Part shown: positions 29,206 through 51,625 of the stretch, piece by piece
Layout of the letters: each line of letters starts with the position of its first letter
Position numbering within the stretch: the first letter of the stretch is position 1
Source: the human T2T-CHM13v2.0 reference genome, Homo sapiens
Direction: 5' to 3' (one strand)
Assembly (NCBI RefSeq): GCF_009914755.1
Contig: NC_060943.1
Length of the DNA stretch: 64,000 nt
The notes under the pieces: generated by a model
Seen by the model: only the letters and a program-made list of their open reading frames with translations
Told to the model about the DNA's origin: nothing
The model's database searches: none
Made by a program: the position numbers and the translations under genes

Positions 29206-31040
29206 AGCCACCAGTCCCACTCACATAACCTATTAATCTATTAACCCATTAATCCCTCAATCTATTAATGAATTAATCCATTCAAGAGGGCAGAGCCCTC
29301 AAGACCAGTCGTCTCTTAAAGGCCCCACTTCTGAATACTGCCACATGGGAGATTAAATTTCAACATGAGTTTTTGGAGGGGACAAATATTCAAACTATAG
29401 CATTCCGCCCCGGCCCTCAAAAACTCTTGCTCCTCTCACATATGAGTACATTCATTCCTTCTCTATAGCCTAAATGTCTCAAGTTATTCCATCACCAACT
29501 CAAAAGTTCAAAGTCCAGAGTATCATCTGTGAGCCTGTGAAATCAAAACAAGTTACCTACTCTCGAGAGACAGTAGTGGTACAGGCATAAGACAGACATT
29601 CACATTCCAAAAGGGGAGAATGAGGAAAAAGAAGTAACAGGCCCCAATCAAGTCTGAAGCCCAGCAGGGCAGACCATAAATCTGCAAGCTGGAGAATCAT
29701 GTCTTTTGACTCCACGTGCTGCCTCCTGGAAAAACTGAGGTCACAGTTTGACCCCCCAAGGCCTCAGGCAGCCCAGCCCCTCTGGTTTTGCTGGGTGCAT
29801 CCCAAATAGTGGCTTATACAGTTTGAGGACTTGTGCCTGAAGACTTCCTAGGTGGGCGTTGCATGCTGCTGGTTACTCTGCAGTTTTGGGGTCCTGATGG
29901 CATTCTTACTCCCATAGCTCCACTAGGTATTGCCCTGGTGGGGATTCTGTAGCAGCCCCAACGTCACATTTCTGCATGTGACCATGGCTCTGGTCGGGAC
30001 TCTCTGCAGTTGCTCTATCCTTACAACACGTCTATGCTTGGGCCTCCAGGCTTTTGATGACATCCTTTGGAATCTGGGTGGAAGCTGCCAAACCTCCATT
30101 CTGCAAGTCTGCAGAATTAGCTGCACATGGATGCCACCAAAGTTTATGACCTGTACCTTCTGAAGGGCATGAGCTGCACCTGGGTCACTTAAGCTATAGC
30201 TGGGCAGCCACAGAGCACTGTGCAGAGGTGCAGGGAGCAGAGTTCCAAGGCAACTCAGCAGCAAACTATGGAGAATGACTGGTCTGTCCCCTGAAGCCAC
30301 TGTGCCCTCGTAGGCCTCTAGGCCTGTAATGTGAGGGGCAACCTTGAAAATCTCCAAAATGCCTTCAGGGTCTTTCTTCCATTGTTTTGAGTAAAAGCAC
30401 CCGGCTCCCTTCTGTGCTAATCTCTTCAGCAAAGGATCACTAGGGTACGACCTTAGTTTCCCCACCTGAACACACTTTTTCACTCTATGTGGCCAGGCTA
30501 AGAGTTTCCCAGATTTTTCCATGGTGCTTCCCTTTTAACATAAATTCTGTCTTTTAAGTTGTTCTTTTGCTTCTGAATCTTGGCACAAATAGCCAAAAGT
30601 AACCATGCAACTCCTATGTGTTGCTTAGAAATTTCTACTGCCACATACCCTAGTTCATCACTCTCAAATTAGGCCTTCCACAAAGCCCTCAGGCATGGAT
30701 CGAGTTCAGCCAAGTTTTTTGCCAGTTTATAACAAGGACAGCCTTTACTGCAGTTTCCAATGCCTTCTTTCTCAATTCCAGCTGAAACCACATCAGAATG
30801 GCCTTTACTGTCCATATTTCTATCAAAATTCTAGACACAGCCACTTAACAAATCTCTAAGGCGTTCCAAATCTTTACCTAGCTTTGTTTTCTAAGCCTTC
30901 ATCAGAATCTAGGCTTTTTCTAGTCTGCTCCTCCAAATTATTCTACCTGCTGCCCCATTATACCCAGTTTCAAAGCTGCTTCCACATGTTCAGGTATTTC
31001 TCGTTGTCAGTAACACCCTACTTCTTGGTACCAATTTTCC
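29206..31040 (-). mobile_element. MaLR element: partial MLT1A/MST-like LTR plus internal sequence
   Basis: LTR end AATTTCAACATGAGTTTTTGGAGGGGACAAATATTCAAACTATAGCA followed by MaLR-int-like sequence. Confidence 0.7.
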
Positions 31041-31135
31041 AGAATTCCATGAACTCTACCACCAGTTAACCCAATGGTAACTGGAACATATTCCAGCTAA
31101 GAAATTCAGCAGTTTATTAAAAATTAATGGATCTA

Positions 31136-31723
31136 GGCCAGGCATGGTGGCTCACACCTGTAATCCCAACACATTGGGAGGCTGAGATGAGGGGATCACT
31201 TCAACCCAGGAGTTTGAGACCAGCCTGGGCAACAAAGCAAAGCCTTATCTCTACAAAAAATGAAAAGATTTGCTGGGCATGGTGGTACATGCCCTGTGGC
31301 CCCAGCTACTCAGGAGGCTGAGGTTAAAGTATTGCTTGAACCCAGAAGTCAAGGGTGCAGTGAGGTATGATGGTGTCCCTCCACTACAGCCTGGGTAACA
31401 GAATGAAACCATGTCTCAAAAAAAAACCTCAGCCAGGCGCAGTGGCTCATGCCTGTAATCCCAGCACTTTGGGAGGCCAAGGCAGGTGGATCACCTGAGG
31501 CCAGGAATTCAAGACCAGCCTAGCCAACATGGCAAAACACCGTCTCTACTAAAAAAAAAAAAAAAAATACAAAAATTAGCCGGGCACAGTGGCACACACC
31601 TGTAACCCCAGCTACTCAGGAGGCTGAGGCAGGAGAACCACTTGAACCCAGGAGGTGGAGGTTACGGTGAGCCAAGATCGTGCCACTGCACTCCAGCCTG
31701 GGTGACAGATCAAGACTCTGCCT

Positions 31724-31753
<30 letters not shown>
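31136..31753 (+). mobile_element. Two tandem Alus (31136-31425, 31431-31753)
   Basis: Alu consensus, poly(A) tails. Confidence 0.93.
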
Positions 31754-31757
<4 letters not shown>

Positions 31758-32400
31758 GGTCTAGACACTGAGCACCAATGACTACTAACACTCACAAAAG
31801 AGACACCATTGGACATTATGTACCTTCTGATCAAAGATCACATGTGCCACCACCTCCCCAAAAATGAAACTGAATCTTATCTCTAGATCCAACTATGATA
31901 TAAAAAGAAATACGCTGACAACCCTATGAGAATGCAATTAGCAAAATCCACACTACACATAACTCTAGATCTTAATCCAGGTGCTTCAAAAAATAAAACG
32001 GGAAAGACTAAAAAATGACATCCAAAAATGAGCAAAAATTAAATAATGTTTGGGGTTCCACATTTGGGTGAAAGGTAATAAATGATTACTATAAAAGTCA
32101 TGAGAGTGGTTACTCTGAGGGAAGAAAGAGGCAGTTGTGACTGGGACACGGTATTTGAGGCAAAGTTCTACATCTTGAACGGGGTCGTGGTTACAAGAGT
32201 ATTTGTTATTTAATTCATGAACCACACATTTAGGTCATGTGAAAAAATAAACCTAAACCTGATCTCCCCTTACCAAAAAATACTAGGAAATACAAGAGGA
32301 AATCTTCCCCCAACTACCCTTATGAGGCTGGCATAACCATGCTATGTACCAGATAATATGGCAGAAAAAGAAAACCACAAAGCTATCTCACAAACAGATT

Positions 32401-33410
32401 GGTCAGGTACAGTGCCTCACACCCATAATCCCAGCACTTTGGGAGGCCGAGGCAGGAGGATGACTGGAGCCCAGGGGTTCAAGACTGGCCTAGGCAACAT
32501 AGGGAGACCCTGTCTCTACAAAAATTTAAACATTGGCCAGCATGGTGGTGTGTGCCTGTAGTCCCAGTTATTCGAGAGGCTGAGGTGGGAGGATGGCTTG
32601 AGCCCAGGAGTTCAAGGCTATACTGAGCCTGATCATGCCGCTGCACTCCAGCCTGAATGAGAGTAAGACTCTCTTAAAAAAAAAAAAAAAAGTGTATGAA
32701 AAGTCAGGAACTATAGTTTCTATAAATATATGTTAATTACTTTTTCTGGCAGGGCGCAGTGGCTCACGTCTGTAATCCCAACATTTTGGGAGGCTGAGGC
32801 AGGCGGATCACTTGAGGTCAAGAGTTCGAGGCCTGCCTGGCCAACATGATGAAATCCCGTCTCTACTAAAAATACAAAAATTAGCTGGGCATGGTGGTAT
32901 GCACCTGTAGTCCCAGCTACTCAGGATGCTGAGGCATGAGAATCGCTTGAACCCAGGAGGCGGAGGTTGAAGTGAGCCAAGTTGCACTACTGCACTCCAG
33001 TCTGGGAAACAGACTCTGTCTAAAAAGTAAATATATATATACATACACACACGCATACATTTTCAAAGTATATGTTCAATTTGGTTTTTTTTCAACCATG
33101 ACCTATCTTTATAGGTGAAGCACCTCCAAATTAGCATCAGGGGGTCCAACTGTTAATCTAAAAAAAGTATAATGAATACACTACTACCCTGAAGTTTCAG
33201 ACTTTTTGGCCATTATACATTATGTTAACAATTAGATCCATTGCTTTAAATTTAGTTATTTCATCTGAAAAGTTTTCCGGAGGCCAGGCATGCTGGCTCA
33301 CACCTGCAGTCCCAGCACTTTAAAAGGCCAAGGCAAGAGGATTGCTTGAGCCCAGGAGTTCGAGACCAGCCTCAGTAACGTAGTAATACTCCATTTGTAT
33401 ATTAAAAAAA
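32401..33410 (+). mobile_element. Alus at 32401-32690 and 32748-33030, monomer at 33282-33410
   Basis: Alu consensus. Confidence 0.88.
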
Positions 33411-34294
33411 ACTTTTTTAAGAAGAAAAGTTTTCTGGAGATTGAAATGTATCCAATTTAATATCCTCTTTGCTCTCAGGTATTTTACCAGTGTTTCTACA
33501 GTGAATGTGGAAAGGTTTCACAACAAAACCAATCTTTGGCCTCTCCTCCTTCCCCCTTTCTCTTCCTTTCCAGCAGAGTGTCCTTTTGGAAGGTACCCCT
33601 GAGGTGTGGGGGACTGCAGGGGCCAGCATGTCCACAGCCAAGCTTTTGGGTAACACAGATGCAAGTGAGGGTTTAAAAGCCAATGAGGATAATGGAAGCT
33701 AGCCTTCTCACTGAGAAAAGAGTTACAAACAGGAAAGGGGAAGGTGAGAATAATACCTGTCCTGATTAATTGAAAATATTAGTGTAAAGTCCTGTTAACA
33801 TATAATATAGGACTCAAATGTGTATACTTATATCCACAAATGTGTTTAGGTAGAAAAACACTTATTCTCTACTCCTGTTTGCTGAGAGGCCCTGAAAGCA
33901 ATGAATCCAAGGTAGCAATGATAATACTTAGTGCCCAGAATTGGTTTCTAAATACCATTATCCTCTTAAAGGAACTAGAGCTCTTTGGAGAAAAGGCTGA
34001 CTCCAGGGCTGGAGAAGGAAAAATATGAGATGAGCCTAGAACATCTTAAGACTGGAAAGTTCTCATGGAATGATGGGTCATGTCAAGGGGATACAGGAGG
34101 CAGCCAAGGGGCCTTCCACTGGCCAAAGCTGGGACAACTAGAGCAAAATAAGTAATGAGTACATGGGAACCCATGAATTCACACTGCTACAAATAAATGA
34201 AGAAAGAAATAGGGAGGAAAAAAATCTCTAACCTAGAGCAGTACGACAAACGGGAAATCTGGAAGGCACAGACAGTTGGAAAGAAAAAAAAATT

Positions 34295-34566
34295 GCCGGG
34301 TGTGGTGGCTCACGTCTGTAATCCTAACACTTCTGGAGGCTGAGGTGGGCAGGTCACCTGAGGTCGGGAGTTGGAGACCAGCCTGACCAACATGGAGAAA
34401 CCCCATCTCTACTAAAAAAATTAAAAATTAGCCAGGCATAATGGCTCATGCCTGTAATCCCAGCTGAGGCAGAAGAATCGCTTGAACCCAGGAGCCGGGG
34501 AGGTTGCAGTGAGCCGAGATCATGCCATTGCACTCCAGCCTGGGCAACAAGAGCGAAACTCTGTCT

Positions 34567-34603
<37 letters not shown>
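34295..34603 (+). mobile_element. Alu with long pure poly(A) tail
   Basis: Alu consensus; A run 34568-34603. Confidence 0.93.
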
Positions 34604-34607
<4 letters not shown>

Positions 34608-34878
34608 GCAACTATTATAATAATAATTAATCCAGACAAGAATCATTACTGGTGGATGAGTTTCTAAGAGGAAAAAGATATTTACATAGTCTTAACACAT
34701 TGCCCCCTAAAAGCATTTAAGTATAACCTACTTTTAATTAATGCAGTTTTGCAACTTTTCAGTCTAAAGAAAAACAAAAAATTAAATTAAAAAAATTAAT
34801 GCACAGTGGAGAAACTTGCCAGACACTATCTTAACCAAGAGATAACAGCTTACACCACTATTAGAAATAATGGGGAGT

Positions 34879-35176
34879 GGCCAGGCGCTGTGGCTCACAC
34901 CTGTACTCCTAGCACTTTGGGAGGCTGAGGAGGGAGGATTACTTGAGGTCAGGAGTTCGAGACCAGCCTGGCCAACATGGTGAAACCCTGTCTCTACAAA
35001 AATACAAAAATTAGCCGGGTGTGGTGGTGTGTGCCTGTAATCCCAGCTGCTCAGGAGGCTGAGGCAAGAGAATCGCTTGAACCCAGGAAGCGGAGGTTGC
35101 AGTGAGCCGAGATCACGCACCACTGCACTCCAGCCTGGGTGACAGAGCAAGACTCCGTCTAAAAACAAAAAGAAAA
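34879..35176 (+). mobile_element. Alu with TSD AGAAATAATGGGGAGT
   Basis: Direct repeat on both sides of the Alu. Confidence 0.95.
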
Positions 35177-35194
35177 GAAATAATGGGGAGTCTT

Positions 35195-36115
35195 TGGTGG
35201 TTTGTGTTGTGGGTCTTTATGATCAGTGATGAGGTCTATTCATCTCTACTGTGAGACCACAGGGGTCAGTGGGGTTAGTGAGTGATATGGTTTGGCTGTG
35301 TCCCCACCCAAATCTCACCTTGAATGGTAATAATCCCCACATGTCAAGGGTGGGGCCAGGTGGAGATAACTGAATTACAGGCGGTTTCCCCCATACTGTT
35401 CTTGCGGTAGTGAGTAAGTCAAGATATGATGGACTTATAAAGGGAAGTCCCCCTCCACAAGATCTCTTGCCTGCTGCCAGGACATTGCTCCTCAGTCGCC
35501 TTCTGCCATGATTGTAAGGCCTCCTCAGCCATGTGGAACTGTGAGTCAATTAAACCTCTTTCCTTTGTATATTACCCAGTCTCAGGTATGTCTTTATTAG
35601 CAGCATGAAAACACATCAATACAGTGAGGATTTGTGAGGTTAGTGATGAAGGTCTGTAGGGACAGTGATTAGGAGTCTCTGGGGTCAGTAACATGTACAC
35701 TGTGGGGTTAGTGATAGAGATTCCTTAGGAGCAGTAATAGGGATTATACAGAGATCAATGGAGGAATCTCTGGTGCTATGTTGCAGCTCTGTGGGGTCGG
35801 TGATATATATGAAGCGGGGTCAGGGATGTGCAGTCTGAAATCAATGCTGTGGCTATGTGGGGGTCAGCGATGTGATCCCAAGGGGGCTTGGTGGAGATTC
35901 AGATGGTCAGTCATACTGGGGAACTGTGGAGTCATTGATGGAAGGTCCGTGGGATTGCTCATTGGGAATTTAGAGGTAAGTACTGTGGCGCCCATAGAAT
36001 ATTTACCAGGGATGGAAAGTGCATTAGTTAAGGTCAGTGATGGGGGTTGAGGATTGGTGATGGGGTGTAGGTGTGTAATATGCCAGTGGTCAATAGGTTA
36101 GATGACGAGGGCTAT
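35195..36115. repeat. Degenerate G-rich tandem repeat (CTGTGGGGTCAGTGATG-like), split by an LTR
   Basis: Many diverged GGGGTCAGTGA-like units. Confidence 0.6.
35283..35623 (+). mobile_element. THE1/MST (MaLR) solo LTR
   Basis: TGATATGGTTTGG...AATACA; 5-bp TSD GTGAG. Confidence 0.9.
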
Positions 36116-36119
36116 AAGG

Positions 36120-37942
<1,823 letters not shown>

Positions 37943-37955
37943 AAATATGAAATGG

Positions 37956-44014
<6,059 letters not shown>

Positions 44015-44116
44015 AAATACGAAATGGATAATAAAGCAATTTCATGAACAATTCTACATCCACAAATTTGAAAGCCTAGATGAAATACATCAGTGATGTG
44101 AAAGAAACAATATGCC

Positions 44117-44470
44117 TGTATTAGTCTGTTTTCATGCTGCTTATAAAGACATACCCGAAAGTGGGCAATTCACAAAAGAAAAAGGTTTAATTGGACTCAC
44201 AGTTCCACGTGGCTGGGGCGGCCTCACAATCATGGTGGAAGCCAGGGAGGAGCAAGTCACATCTTACGTGGATGTTGGCAGGCAAAGAGAGAGCTTGTGC
44301 AGAAAAATTCCCGTTTTTAAGACAGTCAAAACTAGTGAGACTTATTGACTATCACAATAACAGGATGGGGAAGACTTGCCCCATGATTCAATTACCTCCC
44401 ACCGGGTGCCTCCCACAACATGTGGGAATTCAAGATGAGATTTGGGTGGGGACACAGCCAAACCATATCA
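44117..44470 (-). mobile_element. THE1 (MaLR) solo LTR
   Basis: TGTATTAGTCTG...AACCATATCA; TSD ATGCC/CTGCC. Confidence 0.9.
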
Positions 44471-44781
44471 CTGCCAAAACTCACACAAGAAGAAACAGAC
44501 AATCTAAATAGATCTGTATCTATAAAGAAAAAGAATAATAACATTCCAAAACAAAAAGCACCAAGTCCAGATGTGTTCACTAGTGAATTCTACCAAACAT
44601 TTAAGGAAGAAAGTAAGAAAGTATGCCAGTTTTCTACAATCTCTTCCAGAAAAAGCAGAGGGAATACTTTCTAACATTCTGTGAGGCCAGCATCACCCTA
44701 ATACCAAAACGAAAGACATTAAAACAACAGAGAACTACAGGCCAACACCATGGCTCACAAATACAGATGCAAAAAGTCTCA

Positions 44782-44952
<171 letters not shown>

Positions 44953-45069
44953 TTAGTGAGGGTTTTCCAGAGAAATAGGATTAATAGGATTTATACAGGT
45001 ATATACCACACCTTTTTTCTCCACTTCTTTTCCCCACAACACAACAAGCGGATGACAATATTTGTGAGT

Positions 45070-46120
45070 CATAACAAGTTAAATGAAACAACATGGTTAA
45101 CTTAACAAACTTCTCTATAAACTTTTCTTGATTCTCTAAAAACTGTCCAATTTTTTCCTTGCATAAAGCCAAATTAGACACAGAAAATGGCACATGTTCC
45201 CTTACTTCCACTAGCTACCACCCACAATGCACACAGGTTTCACTTTAGGGGCCGATATGGGGCCCCACTCCTGGTGATACTGGTTGGGCTTACTCTCTTG
45301 GGAAGTGGGAGGGATAGGGGCTAGTTTGCATAAGGGGGAGGCGTGAGTGATGACCTTGGGGTGGGTTCCTTCATTGAAAAACTGGTAGGAAGCCCCTCAG
45401 AATTGGGGGACTGAAGAGACCCTGGGGAAAACGTAAGCCTTCTAAAGGGAGCAGCTAGGAGGGGATCCCTTAGGCATGGCATTCTGGTCCCTGGAATTAA
45501 CATGAGCCTGTAAAGAGCCATAAAAGCCTGTACATAAGGGACGTCTTCCCATTTTCCTTTTTACAAAATAAGTCTAATTGTAAATATCATTATAATGTAT
45601 AGAACCATATGTAGGCCAAATCTGTTAGTTTTCTAATCTGTATTGAACCCAAACAGTGCTGCAACAAAAAATGAGTCTCTTCTTAAGACGAATTTGAACT
45701 TGCTCCAATAGCGTAAAAGACACTCCAGTGCCAAGTCCTCTGGGATGCTTGCTGTTGTCCCCAGGTCGACTAAGGATCGCTACAGGGGGTTTCAGCCTAA
45801 GTTTAGCAAATGTCTAGTTAATTTTCCCTTTTAAATTCCCACCTTCCAGAAAGGTGTAAATATAAATAGCAGGGTGTTATAAAAGTGGATTAGGAGCTAA
45901 AAATGGACAGTTGGATGTTGAACCTAAATTCCAGAGGGCTGGGCAGAGAGGAGCTAAACAAATGGTAACTGTGGAAGGGAGGAAAGGAAGGGGGTAAGCA
46001 GCATTGCCCAAAGGGAGACCTCAGAGGCCCTGACCACCTGAGAACCTACTCAATAGTGGAGACACCAAAAAAAAATATTCATGTGGCACAGACCTGTTTT
46101 AGCTAGTCTTCAATTTGGTG
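45070..46120 (-). mobile_element. ERV1-class internal fragment (leader and gag matrix)
   Basis: Minus strand encodes GTTASIPEDLALECLLRYWSKF and KWEDVPYVQAFMALY, typical gammaretroviral gag MA motifs. Confidence 0.7.
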
Positions 46121-46205
46121 GGGTGTCCAAGCCCACTAGACTCCAGAGTCTAGTCCCGCCTCCTACCTCACCGTCAACTTACTTTTAGCTTATAAACCTT
46201 CGTAT

Positions 46206-46485
<280 letters not shown>

Positions 46486-47019
46486 GGAAATGACAAGAGA
46501 TTAATTACTTAGTGAATCTAGGGCAATGGTGGTTTGTTGTACCAGACTTTGACATTTTCTTCAGTTTGAAAATTTCCAAATTAACAAGGTAAGGAAAATC
46601 CACTTGGAAAAGGCTCTTGCTGTTTATGGTCAACTCAATTCCCATTTGTGATACAAAAACAAGCCTGCATGTTCTCTTTTTTTCTCTGGAGATGCTTGTA
46701 TTTTGAAGCTTAGAGATTTACAGGGTTCTGAGCTGAATACCGAGCTGATTTTCCGTGACAGTAAAATTTGCATTTACATGCATTCATTCACCCATGCATT
46801 TAATTGTGTCAGATGCCCGTACTCCCTAACAATGAGTTTCTAATTTCTCCACCTGTACATAATTTACCAAATATAAAGAACATCCCCCAAAAGAACAAAT
46901 TCACCCAGTGTTCACCCAAACTGGCTGGAATCCCCTGGTCGGTGAAGCTGCTGGGGACAAAACAACCACGACTCCAGCAAGAGATTTTCTTCCTTCTGCA
47001 GAAAGTCTGCAAAGGCTGA

Positions 47020-47660
47020 TGAAGAGGCTTGGGAAAGGGGAGACCGCGGACGAAAAGGCCCCACCGAAGCTCGCTGCCCGCACTCCCGACCCGCCTTTTA
47101 CCTGGACCCAAGGCCCCAGCGGCGCAGGTGGGAGTCTGGGAAGAAGTGCGGTGTCGGCAGGAAGTCCCAGCGCGACGTCCGGGAAAGCCACAGGAGGAGG
47201 CGACCTGCAGGAGGCTACCCTTTGACCCCAACCCTACTCTCCAGTCCTCCTAGTCTGGTGGGAGCAACCTTAGACTGGTTGATGTGGAAGGAGGCGGGCC
47301 TGCACGCGGAGTACGGCATTCACTTCCGTTTCCGGGAGCGCACTTCCGTTTCCAGGCATGAGGGCAACGGGGGAGGGGGGGGAGGTGACCTGGAATGGGC
47401 TGAGAAACAGGAGCCACGAGAGCCGCGTGGTGACGTTAGAAGGGCGCTACAGCCGCGACTTTCCAAAGCTAGTAGAGAGATCCCAGCGTCCCCCGGGAAA
47501 GGCAGAAGGGGCGGGGCGATACCAAGACGGAGACAATGGGGCGGGGCGATGCCCTGGAGGCGGGATTGCCTGTGGGAGAGCCACCCTTCAGGCCATGCAG
47601 ACCCCAGGTGAAATCTGCACAGGGGTCTCCTGGAGCCGTGGGAGGGGTTCCCCTTCTTCT
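47020..47660. promoter_or_regulatory. Orphan CpG-island promoter with duplicated tandem ETS sites and GC boxes
   Basis: CpG-dense non-repeat DNA; CACTTCCGTTTCC at 47321 and 47341; GGGGCGGGGCGAT twice (about 47508 and 47538); CRE-like TGACGT near 47431. Confidence 0.8.
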
Positions 47661-48136
47661 CCTTCAAGAGCGTTTTTATGTTGCCCTCTTTATGGATGGA
47701 AAACAGAGGCATGGACGGGCGGTGTAACTTGGCCACATTCACTAACCTAATGAAGAAGTCTCTGAAACTGGATCCTGGGTCGCTGGAGGCCTTACACCCT
47801 CCTCCAGGGACTATGATAAATATCAGTCTACAAGCAAAGAAAAACTTTGGAATTTAAAGCCCTGTGTACTGTAGTTCTTCCTATATTTTTGACAACCAAA
47901 CCAGAAACTTTATATCACACACATACACACACACAAACCCTTTTTGGCATTTTCTAAATATCCGTGTGAATAAAACACCTGCCAAGACGTGGTAGGATTT
48001 AAAAGTGATTTGGGGCGGGTGTTTTATTCACGTCTGCAATCCCAGCACTTTGGGAGACCCAGATGGGAGGATTGCTTGAGCCCAGGAGTTAGAGACCAGC
48101 CTGGGCAGACCCCTGTCTCCTAAAAACATAAAAAAG

Positions 48137-49061
<925 letters not shown>

Positions 49062-49334
49062 TTAATCAAAAAGTTGAAAGCAGGTACTGGAAGAGCTATT
49101 TGTACACCCATGTTCATGGCAGCTTTATTCACAATATTGAAAAGGTGAAAGCAAATCAAACTGTGGTATAGCCATACAATAGATTATCCAGCCTTAAAAA
49201 AGGAAATTCTGAGATGTGCTACAACATGAACCTTGAACATGTTACGCTAAATGAAATAAACTAGTCACAAAAAGTCAAATACTGGGACTTCACTTTTATG
49301 AGGTACCTACAGTAGTGGGGTTAACACAGACACA

Positions 49335-49698
49335 TGTTGGAACAACTAAGTTCCTCTTCAAAGACTCAACTTTCTGATCATAAGTTATAAAAGTTGTACA
49401 TCAATCCTACCCCCCTTCTTCTCTTCTGTTTCCACAAATCGCACATTTACCCTATTTGGAAAAGTTTAAGTCTTAGCCAATCGGGATCAGCTTAGATTGT
49501 GCAGTCCAATCCCAGCCAATTGGGGGACGACACAGAAACAGGAACTGCATTAAATTAAAAACTCCTTCCCTTCTTTGTTCATTGTGCTCTTGCGATCGTA
49601 ACGGGCACAAGCAGCACCCTTCTGCAGAAGTAAAGGTGCCCTGCGGAGAAATTTTCTAGGGGGTTTCTTTTGGCTATGTCGAGCACTTGTTTCCAACA
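49335..49698 (+). mobile_element. Solo ERV LTR nested in an L1M 3' end (about 49020-49905)
   Basis: TGTTGGAA...TTCCAACA inverted termini, two CCAAT boxes. Confidence 0.75.
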
Positions 49699-50213
49699 GA
49701 GAATTGAATGGTGTTTGCCAGAGATTGGGAAGGGAGCAGTAGGGAGTTAGTGTTTACTGGGTTCAGTTTGGGAAGATAAACATTTTTTAGTGGGATGATG
49801 GTGACAGTTGCCCAACAATGTGAGTATACTTAATGCCAGCGAAGTGGACACTTAAAATGGTTAAAATGTAAACTTTATGTAATATACTTTACCACAATTC
49901 TTAAAAAGTGAATAGAGGATTATTAGTTTTATTTAATGAAGCCTCCAAAAACCAGAGATCTGGGGCAAAAGAAATTCAAAAGCAGTTTGGCTAGCAGTGC
50001 ATTTTATACAGTCTCTGCTAAATAAAATACCCACTGATAAGTAAAGGGTTTGGAATTGTATTGCTAACATTAGATTTATACATTAGAAACGTGTGTTTAA
50101 AACAGACATTCTCTATCAACTGGCAAATAAAAGATTTTTAAAGGATTAGGTTTTAAAATAAGTATTAAATTAGATGCTGCACCAAAGAATATATTGGTTT
50201 AAAAAATTGCTCA

Positions 50214-50537
<324 letters not shown>

Positions 50538-51339
50538 CAGCTGCTGTGTCAGAGAATTAAACAATGAGTTAAAAACCTAACACTAAACAGTATTTTTAAA
50601 TGTCCTCATCCTGTCCTCACCCAGATTCCAAGCATCAAGGAGTCACGCTCTTGAGGAAAGGTGCGCCTTGTCCAGGAGCTCCAGAAGCCACCTGTGCAGA
50701 AATTTCACCAGTCTCCAAGTCCTGCAGAGCAGTCACATGGCACTCCAGACCCACCCTGCAATCCACTGCCCCAAAAGTCACCATGGGGTGAACACAGCTC
50801 AACATTGGTGGAAGGTGTGGGTGCCTTAACGCATTCATTAACCAATAACTGTGGGCTTTGCTCTAGAGACAGAACTAAAGCCCCCACCCTCTTCTACTCT
50901 GTTAGTGGAGCCTGCGGTTTTTATGGGCACAGGATGAGGGCGGGGCAGGCCATGAGTGGTTTTGAAAAAGGCAACATTTGAACTGGAAAAGAAGGATGTG
51001 AAGTTATCACTTTGGGCCAATCTGAAAAGTTACGTACTGCACAATTCCAACTCTATGACATTCTGAAAAAGGCGAAACTATGGAGACAGTAAAAAGATGA
51101 GTGGTTGTCGGGCTGGGGAGAGGGAGGGAGGAATAGTGGGAGGACCGATGATCTGTGGACTTTGGGTGATAATGAAGTGGCAATGCAGGTTCATGAATTC
51201 TAACAAATGTATTACTCTGGTGGAGTATGTTGATGATGGTGGAAGCTATGCATGTGTAGTGGCCGCAGGAATATAGGATGTCTTTGAACCTTCCACACTA
51301 TTTTGCTGTGAACCTAAAACTGCTCTGAAACATGGATTT

Positions 51340-51625
51340 TTTGTTTTGAGACAGCGTCTGACTCTGTCACCCAGGCTAGAGTGCAGTGGCACAATCTCAG
51401 CTCACTGCAACCTCCTTCTGGGCTAAAATGATTCTCCTGCCTCAGCCTCCTGGGTAGCAGGGACTATAGGCATAAGCCACCATGCCCAGCTAAGTTTTGT
51501 CTTTTTTGTAGAGGCGGGGTTTCACCAGGTTACCCAGGCTGGTCTTGAACTCCTGAGCTCAAGCAATCCACTCACCTCAGCCTCTCAAAGTGCTGAGATT
51601 ACAGCTCTGAGCCACTGCACCAGGT
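51340..51625 (-). mobile_element. Alu (AluJ-like)
   Basis: Antisense Alu. Confidence 0.88.

Noticed and set aside
29923-30522. 199-aa minus-strand ORF
   Set aside because: Lies in MaLR internal sequence; no splice or promoter support
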